Part shown: one piece after another, positions 49,418-56,834 of the stretch | Numbering within the stretch: the stretch's first letter is position 1 | Layout of the letters: each line of letters begins with the position of its first letter | Virus record (IMG/VR): IMGVR_UViG_3300042471_001823 | Origin: an uncultured virus (IMG/VR IMGVR_UViG_3300042471_001823) | Lineage: Duplodnaviria > Heunggongvirae > Uroviricota > Caudoviricetes | Length of the DNA stretch: 56,834 nucleotides | Reading direction: 5' to 3' (one strand) | Notes under the pieces: model-generated | Seen by the model: only the letters and a program-made list of their open reading frames with translations | Told to the model about the DNA's origin: nothing | Databases searched by the model: none | Translations under genes and position numbers: made by a program

Positions 49418-49942
49418 TCAACTAACCGCCATAAACCGTTTTAAAGTCGATGCAGACCAGATTCTCATGTCGTAATCATCGGACTTAGAAGTTTGAATCA
49501 GTGCTGTAATCGCATCGTCTCCACCAATTAGCCCTAAGCTTTTGATGGCATAACGACGGACTAAATAGCATTTATCATCAAGCGCTTTGATTAAGCTAGG
49601 GACTGCCAACCGATCATTAATCAAGCCTACGGTTTCTGCCACAGCAGCCTTTACATCATTGTCAGGGTCACTGGCTAACATCTTGGTTAATTGTAGCGTC
49701 AAGTCATTGGTTGATTCCAATCCTTTAGTTGATGACGACTCTGGCTTTTTAGTTGCTGATGCCGCTATTAGCCCTAACACCTTCACAGACACATAGCGGA
49801 TTACGTCTTTTTCATGGGACAATCCATTGATAAAAACCTGTGGGTCTGCATCGGTTAGGTCAATGCCTGTAAGATTGGCAAGTTGTTCAGCTTCTAGGAA
49901 ATCAGCATTGTCAATTTGAAAAAGTAATTCGTTAACACTCAT
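49418..49942 (-). CDS. PBS-lyase-type HEAT-repeat protein
   Basis: DVKAAVAETVGLI..RLAVPSLIKALDD..YLVRRYAIKSLGLIG...AITALI repeats. Confidence 0.85.
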   Translation of the reverse strand: MSVNELLFQIDNADFLEAEQLANLTGIDLTDADPQVFINGLSHEKDVIRYVSVKVLGLIAASATKKPESSSTKGLESTNDLTLQLTKMLASDPDNDVKAAVAETVGLINDRLAVPSLIKALDDKCYLVRRYAIKSLGLIGGDDAITALIQTSKSDDYDMRIWSASTLKRFMAVS

Positions 49943-50024
49943 AATTATTGGTTGGATAAGCCATTGTTTATTATAACATAATCGTTGATTATACCTTTAA
50001 CCGTAACCCATAATAATAAATGTG

Positions 50025-50053
50025 TTGACAGTATTTAGGTAATGGACTAGGAT
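50025..50053 (+). promoter_or_regulatory. Sigma70-type promoter (duplicated cassette promoter)
   Basis: TTGACA-17-TAGGAT; AAATGTGTTGACAGTATTTAGG repeated at 51037. Confidence 0.75.
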
Positions 50054-50082
50054 TAAAAGTGTCGTGTTGAGGTTTAACTATT

Positions 50083-50442
50083 GTGATTTACGAATCTTTC
50101 GATGAAGCAAAGAAAGACAAAGTTCATGAATGGGTGTCGTGGCGTTCACCGCGATTGAGCGACAGTCATGAAACATTCACCGTTTCGGTACAAAGACGGC
50201 AAGGCAAAAGAATTTGTGGTATTGGTGCGTACAAATTCAAGTGTCGTGAACAATATGGCGAACGGTGGATTATCAGGCAGTTGGTTGAAAGATTGAACAG
50301 TGACTCACCAGATTCCGCAATTGCTGCATTGCGAGATCTTTTTCAATCATCAGTGTATCCCCATGAACTTCGCAAATCTCCCTATGATTTGACTAACGCT
50401 AAGGCATTGGAACGGCTGAAAGATTTATTAAAACAGGATTGA
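50083..50442 (+). CDS. Hypothetical protein; paralog of 27366..27716
   Basis: Shared N-terminal motif; GAGG RBS. Confidence 0.7.
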   Translation: MIYESFDEAKKDKVHEWVSWRSPRLSDSHETFTVSVQRRQGKRICGIGAYKFKCREQYGERWIIRQLVERLNSDSPDSAIAALRDLFQSSVYPHELRKSPYDLTNAKALERLKDLLKQD

Positions 50443-50445
50443 TCA

Positions 50446-50628
50446 ATGAAAAGATATAGCGTTGAAGTTTGTGTGACCGGATGGACAAGGGTAACTGTTT
50501 GCGCTGAAAACGCACATGAGGCTATTCAAAAAGCCTGTGAGAATTGCTCAACAGCTAATTTTGTTGATGTTAAACCTAACTATGCTAATAGTTTTGTTTC
50601 AACCGAAGAAAAGATTGAACAGGATTAA
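50446..50628 (+). CDS. Small hypothetical protein
   Basis: MKRYSVEV.......V.AENAHEAIQKA pattern. Confidence 0.65.
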   Translation: MKRYSVEVCVTGWTRVTVCAENAHEAIQKACENCSTANFVDVKPNYANSFVSTEEKIEQD

Positions 50629-50630
50629 TC

Positions 50631-50936
50631 ATGGATTACCAAAAATACAAAGAAACCAAAGATCGTCTTTTGAATGAACTAGAACAATTGAAGGCAGATT
50701 ATGCTGGGTTGGCTGTAGGATCTAAAGTGATTCCCGATCAAGGTGCATTTAAAGGGCACGTTTGTTACGTGACAGAAATTATTGTTCACGAGTTTGATGA
50801 TGCCTTAACAGGGCAACTTACGATTAGCTTTCGTAAAGCGAAAAAGGATGAAACTCCGGCTACAAGAGGTGCTGAACAGTCATTTTTATTGAATCCGCTT
50901 TCTATTAAAGATTATTTTACTATTTTACTCGCGTAG
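50631..50936 (+). CDS. Hypothetical protein
   Basis: MDYQKYKETKD; terminator near 50950-50992. Confidence 0.65.
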   Translation: MDYQKYKETKDRLLNELEQLKADYAGLAVGSKVIPDQGAFKGHVCYVTEIIVHEFDDALTGQLTISFRKAKKDETPATRGAEQSFLLNPLSIKDYFTILLA

Positions 50937-51096
50937 AATAAGTCACACGCAACAAACCCGCTATGATCTTTATAGTCATAGCGGGTTTGTTGTTTTTTGT
51001 TTTTAAAATGTGTCTAGCGCTTTTACCCATAACAGTAAATGTGTTGACAGTATTTAGGCGATAGGATACGATTAAAGGTGTTATGGGGTTTTACTT

Positions 51097-51501
51097 ATGA
51101 ATTATCAAGAATACAAGAAAAACAAAGACGCTTTTGCGCCCGATCTTTTGGAGCTAGCAGAAGAGCTACATCAATTGAAATTGATATATGATGCCCAAAT
51201 AATGGGCTTAGAAAGTTCAATAATTAGATTGAAATCCATGTATCTGGACGAATGCGCATTTCCTCTCGGCGCTACAGTTGAAGCTGTAGTTGAACCGATC
51301 AATTCATCGGATATGTTCCAACCTTCTAAATGCACTGTTGCTGCCAGAAACCTTGAGGTTGATGGGAGTGTGTTTTATACTCTTCGAGATTGGGACGGAG
51401 AGGTGTTTTATGCCAAGCAAGAGCAGGGAAGTACAACACTAAGGTACGTTTCGCATAAGGAATTTATTTCTCGTGCAGATGGAATGCGCCAAAAAGAATA
51501 A
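51097..51501 (+). CDS. Hypothetical protein
   Basis: MNYQEYKKNKD; promoter TTGACA-17-TACGAT at 51044; terminator near 51507-51541. Confidence 0.65.
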   Translation: MNYQEYKKNKDAFAPDLLELAEELHQLKLIYDAQIMGLESSIIRLKSMYLDECAFPLGATVEAVVEPINSSDMFQPSKCTVAARNLEVDGSVFYTLRDWDGEVFYAKQEQGSTTLRYVSHKEFISRADGMRQKE

Positions 51502-51636
51502 AACCTGAGAACCGCCCTGAAATCAATTTCAGGGCGGTTCTTTTGGCTATACCTTTAATCGCAAACCATAAATAAACGTATTGACAATAATCAGGCAAGA
51601 AAGTAGAATTAAAAAATAGCATTTGAGGTTAATTCC

Positions 51637-52026
51637 GTGAATCCTGACGACTTAGCTTTTTATCAAGATTTGTGTCCAGCGCTAAAAAGCGATGATTGGC
51701 GGTGGAACGATCGCCAGTCGTTTTTAGCTCCTAAAGCATTTTGCTTCTTAGGGGAAATTCAATTTGATGGAGTTAAAGGTAGACGCTCACTAGACATGAA
51801 GATGCGGTATCACAACAATGGAACACGCTCTTGGTACTCTGTCAGTATTAGCAAACGGTACAGCGATGTTTACACCACAGATTTAACTGCTGATGCCTAT
51901 TCTATTGGTTTTGACGATTTAAAGCTGGCAGCTATTGCAAGATGCACGAAACTGTTAGAAGACAATCTTGAATCAATTTTAGCTAAGGAACGGGAACTGA
52001 TTGCTAGCGTGAAAGCATTCCACTAG
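51637..52026 (+). CDS. Hypothetical protein
   Basis: Promoter TTGACA-17-TAGAAT at 51581; GAGG RBS; terminator near 52045-52081. Confidence 0.65.
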   Translation: MNPDDLAFYQDLCPALKSDDWRWNDRQSFLAPKAFCFLGEIQFDGVKGRRSLDMKMRYHNNGTRSWYSVSISKRYSDVYTTDLTADAYSIGFDDLKLAAIARCTKLLEDNLESILAKERELIASVKAFH

Positions 52027-52105
52027 AAAAAATAAACCACAAAAAACACCCGCGCTAAAACTAACTTTAGCGCGGGTGTTTGCATCACAACACATTATTG
52101 TAATT

Positions 52106-54583
52106 TTAAATCGGCTTACTCCCCGTCGTAATCTTAATTGGACTAGCAGGATTAACCCCAACGACTTGCCAAGCGATCGCCCGTAGGCAGTCACTAAACT
52201 CAAACTTCCCGCCTAGTTTTCCAGTGAACTCCCAAATAGTGCTACGCTCTAACTCAGCGGTAAGCTTAGGGGTATTATCCATCACCCATAGTCTAGTGTC
52301 TCGAAAAGCGCGGTTAACGCACGATACGGACTCAACCATAGGTAATTCACTGGAATAACATTGCGATGCTCTGACGTTGTTTTTACGGCAATACACCCAA
52401 AAATCAAGCCATCCTAGAACATGTTCATGGGTGGGAATACCATAGATTAACAACTTACTGCCTTTAGCCTGTGACTTAACCCATTGGCATAGAGCGCCAT
52501 GATTTTCGGCTTTGTGTTCCCCTAACACGATTAATGCCTTATCTTGATAGGTTGCAGTAATGGCGGTCAGGCTTAACCAGTTAATACTAACCATTAGCTG
52601 ACTGCTAGACGTAACCTTAAAGTAGCTTAACTCATCAGCACGGACAATATGCAAGTCATAATTAAAGTAGTTGTAAGCAGCATCGGGACTAGCGCGTTTA
52701 GGATTGCGTAGTTTATTCATCAACACATAAAAGCTAGTTTCAGCAAACACAAACGCCATAAACAAGTCATCAATACTGTCTGAAGCCCGTTGCCATACAC
52801 CCTTGGTATCACGCCACACGCCTGTAAAATGCTTTACTGGACTCATGGCAGTACGGTCTGTTAGCCACTTCTCCCAATCTTCATTCAGCTTAACCTTATT
52901 CAGGATAAAGGCATTCAGGATGTTGTTAGCAAAGTAATTGGTGTCTAGTTTCCAACACTCACCGCGTCTACCACCATCATAAATAATCTTGTTTTCCACA
53001 TTATTGTTAATCGGTTTATAGATCTGATCACCCAAGTCTAGGCAAGTTGATTCAGACATTTCGATAGCTGTTTCCCTCGATGGCTCATTGTCCATGATGC
53101 CATAGACGCAACCAAACGACTCAAGCAATGCCTTAACATCACTACGCTGAATAGCGGCGCAATACCTGACATGGCGTACCGTCTGCTCTATTGCCTGATT
53201 GGTGAGCAACCGCTGGTGATCGTCTGGTAAGTAGTAATCAACAATCGTAATCCAATCTTCACCACGCCCTTGGTCAATACCCGCCAAAGTGTAATCAGGC
53301 TTACGATGTGGCAGATTCTGGGCGATCGCCTCTTTAATCATATCTGTGGTGATTGCCGCTTTGCTTGCCTCACTGGTGTGCCCCAAAGCCTGTTGAATCC
53401 AGTCCGTCGGATTAAATATCTCAATGCCACTACGGATCAACTCAGCGGCTAGATTAAATTCAGTTTCACGAAGCAATGGGGATAAGTGGATCGTGCATCG
53501 CCACCGCTTTTGTTGCAAGCCCTCAGTCAGGCTACCCAAAAACTCAGCTAATGATTTTTGGGTTTTGAGGCATCTCATGTGGGATTCCCACGCCCTAGTC
53601 TTTTGGGGTAATTCTGCTTCACACTTTTGGCAACCAATGTATGCAGTATCAATCCGATTGCTTTGGTCATGACAAAACCAGTTTAAGGGACGGTTAGAAG
53701 CTGAGAAATAGCTCACAATATCGCGTCCTAAAGCGTCTCTAATAGTTGCTGGTCTAAGTAGACATCCTTTCGGGTCTAATGCCTGTAGATGCCCACATTT
53801 AGGGCATGTGACGTGTGGAAAGAAGTGATAATCACTGTCTTTGATAACTGACTCAATCCCACCGCCACTACCCTGAGTACCTAGTTCCCTGATCGGTCTT
53901 GATGCAATCTTTGAAGCGTCTAACCGTCTAGGCAGTGGGTCTGCTGCACCTAATGGGTACTGTGACCGCTCTTCTAGCCATAGCACATCACCTTGGAATG
54001 AAGCCGCTGCCGATCCTACCGCTGCACCTGTACTACCGCTATCGCCTGTACTGGCATAACTAAACATCATGTATGCCCCTTCTACAGGGTATTGGGTCAC
54101 ATTACCTTTACCTGGTCTAACTACTTCAATTCCGTCGTAATACATCAGTGTTTCCCATGTTGATGCGACAGGGTGAAACTGGTTGCGACTGTTTCTAAGT
54201 AAGCTGTTTAACTTGTCATAAAACCAGACGGTATTAACCCTACCGGAATAAAGACTATCAACGGCGCACAGCGTATTCACAAATGTTTTAGCAATCTGTG
54301 CGGCTCCAGTGGTTAATACATGGGCAACCCGAAAGTCGCCAACTAGTAAGCAGGTTTCTTCAAACCAAGGTCTCCACCTGATTTCTTCACCGCTCTCAGT
54401 TCTGCCATACTTTTTAGCGCGTTCTAAGAAGCCTTGACCGCCTCTTTTCCAGACATCAGCTAAAAATTCTGCCCTAAGTTCGGCTGGGGTTTTACGCCTA
54501 ACCGCCTGATCTTCTATCGCGTCTTGGTTTAAGTATTCGTAACTTCTTTGCGCGTAATTGTACAGGTCTAGCCATTTGGACAT
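52106..54583 (-). CDS. terL: Terminase large subunit, lambda GpA-like, with C-terminal extension
   Basis: Walker A GAAQIAKT, Walker B VLWLEE, PHVTCPKCGHLQAL and CQKC Zn motifs, nuclease LAGIDQG and DDLFMA. Confidence 0.8.
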   Translation of the reverse strand: MSKWLDLYNYAQRSYEYLNQDAIEDQAVRRKTPAELRAEFLADVWKRGGQGFLERAKKYGRTESGEEIRWRPWFEETCLLVGDFRVAHVLTTGAAQIAKTFVNTLCAVDSLYSGRVNTVWFYDKLNSLLRNSRNQFHPVASTWETLMYYDGIEVVRPGKGNVTQYPVEGAYMMFSYASTGDSGSTGAAVGSAAASFQGDVLWLEERSQYPLGAADPLPRRLDASKIASRPIRELGTQGSGGGIESVIKDSDYHFFPHVTCPKCGHLQALDPKGCLLRPATIRDALGRDIVSYFSASNRPLNWFCHDQSNRIDTAYIGCQKCEAELPQKTRAWESHMRCLKTQKSLAEFLGSLTEGLQQKRWRCTIHLSPLLRETEFNLAAELIRSGIEIFNPTDWIQQALGHTSEASKAAITTDMIKEAIAQNLPHRKPDYTLAGIDQGRGEDWITIVDYYLPDDHQRLLTNQAIEQTVRHVRYCAAIQRSDVKALLESFGCVYGIMDNEPSRETAIEMSESTCLDLGDQIYKPINNNVENKIIYDGGRRGECWKLDTNYFANNILNAFILNKVKLNEDWEKWLTDRTAMSPVKHFTGVWRDTKGVWQRASDSIDDLFMAFVFAETSFYVLMNKLRNPKRASPDAAYNYFNYDLHIVRADELSYFKVTSSSQLMVSINWLSLTAITATYQDKALIVLGEHKAENHGALCQWVKSQAKGSKLLIYGIPTHEHVLGWLDFWVYCRKNNVRASQCYSSELPMVESVSCVNRAFRDTRLWVMDNTPKLTAELERSTIWEFTGKLGGKFEFSDCLRAIAWQVVGVNPASPIKITTGSKPI

Positions 54584-54661
54584 AAGGAACTACTAATAAA
54601 CGATTATTTAATAGTAGTTATAGGGTTTTAGGTTGCCAAAACGTTAATACAACGTTAATAC

Positions 54662-54702
54662 AACAAAGAAGCGCTTACAATGCCAGTAAGCGCTTCTTTG
54701 TT
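54662..54702 (-). terminator. Intrinsic terminator
   Basis: aacaaagaagcgcttac-loop-gtaagcgcttctttgtt. Confidence 0.7.
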
Positions 54703-54721
54703 TTGTGTATTTAATTGATTG

Positions 54722-55132
54722 TTAAATCACCCCCGCTTGTTTACCGTATCTCAGCGCATCCTTTACCGTTTCCATAACGCGATCCGAGTTGGAGACGATG
54801 CGATTACCCTTCATCAACGCATTGCCCTCAGCAATTGCGTTGATGATTGACAATCCCTCTAGTTCAACCATTTGCTCTACCGCCAGTTTGACGGAATTAT
54901 AAAAAGCCTTGGTTACGAAATTTTGAGTTGCTGTCGAAGGGATTTGATTAGATCCAGTAATTCTATTCGCCTTTTCGCTTTCGGCGCAACCAATTAACCA
55001 TTTATGAGCCTCAGAGAGCGTGATCGCTTTTTGCAAGTCTGACTTCTTGGTTAGCATCGTAAGAACTTGAAAACCCTCGCCCTCGGTCTGGATTACGAAC
55101 TCGCCTCTTACCTTTTTAATCGTTGCAGTCAT
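54722..55132 (-). CDS. Hypothetical protein (cassette)
   Basis: TTGACA-17-TATTCT at 55197-55169; GGAG RBS. Confidence 0.7.
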   Translation of the reverse strand: MTATIKKVRGEFVIQTEGEGFQVLTMLTKKSDLQKAITLSEAHKWLIGCAESEKANRITGSNQIPSTATQNFVTKAFYNSVKLAVEQMVELEGLSIINAIAEGNALMKGNRIVSNSDRVMETVKDALRYGKQAGVI

Positions 55133-55327
55133 TGTCTTTCGTCTCCGCTTTGTTAACCTTCAAGATTTAGAATAACAAACATGCGTACCCATGTCAAGCG
55201 GTTTCTAAAATTTAATTAATGGTCAGTACCGTCAACAGTTTTGCCTCTAAGTTTTTGGCGATCTTCTAAAGAATTGCCTATCATCAAACTTTGCTAAAAT
55301 CTTAGTGATTAATCATTTACTTTAACC

Positions 55328-55888
55328 ATGAAAGCGATCGCCGTAGGCAACATCCCAAACCATCAATACATTTGGATTGATTCTCAGTTTACGCACAAAG
55401 ATCCGATTGGCTTTATCCCTGCTGTGTGGTTTGCGATGAATAGCGTTGTGGGCAGAACATGGGGCATTCATGTGATGCTTGAATCAGGGGCATTTTTTCG
55501 CAATCTACCGCCACAGGCAATCTCCTTTACCCATAATCCCCAAGAATCAAATTGGACAGCCCAAGATGCTCAAAAATGGGACTGCTATAGCCAAAACTGG
55601 ACAAGCATTCAATACGAATATCTAGCAGGGCTAAGGTGTAAAGCTGTTATCGATGATAATCGCACCCTTATGGGTTGTTATTTGTTCTCAGTATGCCCCT
55701 TAGACGACGGCTTTACTGCTTACCCAGAGCAGGCGAAAGAATTTATGTTCATTGCCTTGGATAATGGACGGCTAACCATTCAGCCAACAAACCGTGTTGT
55801 ATTTCAGGACAAAAGTTTTACTGTTAATCCTGATATGGGCATTCCAAAGGGGCTGAAGGTTAGTAAGGAGATTTATTCTGTGGAGTGA
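55328..55888 (+). CDS. Conserved phage protein of unknown function
   Basis: NIP, ESGAFFRNLP, WDCYS, LDNG....QPTNR motif series. Confidence 0.7.
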   Translation: MKAIAVGNIPNHQYIWIDSQFTHKDPIGFIPAVWFAMNSVVGRTWGIHVMLESGAFFRNLPPQAISFTHNPQESNWTAQDAQKWDCYSQNWTSIQYEYLAGLRCKAVIDDNRTLMGCYLFSVCPLDDGFTAYPEQAKEFMFIALDNGRLTIQPTNRVVFQDKSFTVNPDMGIPKGLKVSKEIYSVE

Positions 55889-56058
55889 TTGGGGGATGTT
55901 TTTTAGCACTGCTCAAGGCTGAAACCTACTCAGTGTCTACATTTCAGCACAATTTAAGATCTGCATTTTAGCGTGATTTAAAGTATAATATTAAAATACC
56001 TCGCGATGGTTGCTACATCCGAGGCGCGATTAACCTTACTTTTAAACCAGAGGTCAAT

Positions 56059-56628
56059 ATGTCAAATATATCAGTATTTAACTTTGATTCGCAAGAAATC
56101 CGTTTTGTTGATGGAAAACCTGTAGCCAATGATGTTGCTAAGGTTCTGGGGTATGCAGACCCGTCTAAAACCGTTTCGACCAAGGTTGATGCAGAAAACA
56201 AAGGTGTTACTCGGCTGGCAACCCCTGGGGGAATGCAATCTGTGACGGTTCTAGAAGAGGCTGGCATTTATCAACTTGTTTCTCGGAGTAGGATGCCTAA
56301 TGCAAAACTAATTGCACAGCAATTAAATTTGTATGTGTTAAATTGCGCTCACGAACAAGAGACAGTAAGAATCCTTGAGGTAGCTTTTGCTGACTTGCAA
56401 CCAATCAAACAATTTTCTGTGCATGGGTATCGCATTGATCTTTATCTTGCTAAAGCAAATATCGCTATTGAATGTGATGAAAATAATCACTCTCAATACA
56501 AAAACGATAAAAAAAGGGAATCGACAATAAAATCGGCATTGGGATGCTCTTTTGTTCGATACAATCCCAGTAACGTCGGATTCAATATTGGAGAAGTTAT
56601 CTTGAAGGTAAGACAGCTAACCAACTAA
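56059..56628 (+). CDS. Bro-N antirepressor-like protein fused to Vsr/DUF559-like nuclease domain
   Basis: VANDVAKVLGY, TPGGMQ...LEEAGIYQLV..SR.P.AK; YRIDLY...IAIECDENNH. Confidence 0.85.
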   Translation: MSNISVFNFDSQEIRFVDGKPVANDVAKVLGYADPSKTVSTKVDAENKGVTRLATPGGMQSVTVLEEAGIYQLVSRSRMPNAKLIAQQLNLYVLNCAHEQETVRILEVAFADLQPIKQFSVHGYRIDLYLAKANIAIECDENNHSQYKNDKKRESTIKSALGCSFVRYNPSNVGFNIGEVILKVRQLTN

Positions 56629-56737
56629 AACCTATGTAGCGTCTATGTTTCAGCGTGTTTTAATGGTAAAATATTTATAACGATCGCAAGTTTTGAAGAG
56701 TGCGATCGCGTAACACACATCTAAGGATACTAGATAT

Positions 56738-56834
56738 ATGCCCATGAACAATATTATCAGACATTCGTACAACGGTGCGATCATCTCTCAAGAATCAGAC
56801 GGCTATGTTTGCTTGACTGACATGGCTAAGGCAT
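56738..56834 (+). CDS. KilA-N domain protein (truncated by window)
   Basis: MPMNNIIRHSYNGAIISQESDGYVCLTDMAKA. Confidence 0.75.
   Translation, partial: MPMNNIIRHSYNGAIISQESDGYVCLTDMAKA

Noticed and set aside
6394..53672. Numerous short antisense or nested ORFs in the track (e.g. 6394, 7857, 13034, 14639, 36160, 48122, 53424)
   Set aside because: Lie within longer motif-bearing genes on another frame or strand and show no independent signals.

Overview
AT-rich segment of a large tailed dsDNA phage, or possibly a phage-plasmid/prophage, with a cyanobacterial host. Host inference: at least 9 HIP1 GCGATCGC octamers, a PBS-lyase-like HEAT protein and a cyanobacterial-type dCTP deaminase. Recognisable genes: beta sliding clamp (dnaN, truncated by the window edge), SF2 and Dda/RecD-like helicases, GpA-type terminase large subunit, C5 DNA methyltransferase, dCTP deaminase, Nudix, Dps, HNH, ASCH, Bro-N and KilA-N proteins, and scattered virion-like genes. 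Small promoter-ORF-terminator cassettes are interspersed. Most unusual items: (1) three dispersed 0.9-1.5 kb non-coding elements bounded by ~200 bp inverted arms, holding nine copies of an invariant 17-mer and showing signs of inversion and shuffling; (2) a membrane-protein operon with an FtsK/HerA-type ATPase and an M23/lysozyme-like hydrolase, resembling a cell-to-cell DNA transfer module; (3) three large Lys-rich proteins sharing an N-terminal ML(Q/K)I..IPQMTI peptide, a candidate capsid-targeting signal; (4) an orphan RnlB-like antitoxin; (5) a terminase with an apparent second, degenerate nuclease domain. All family calls are by eye from motifs; no database searches were run.
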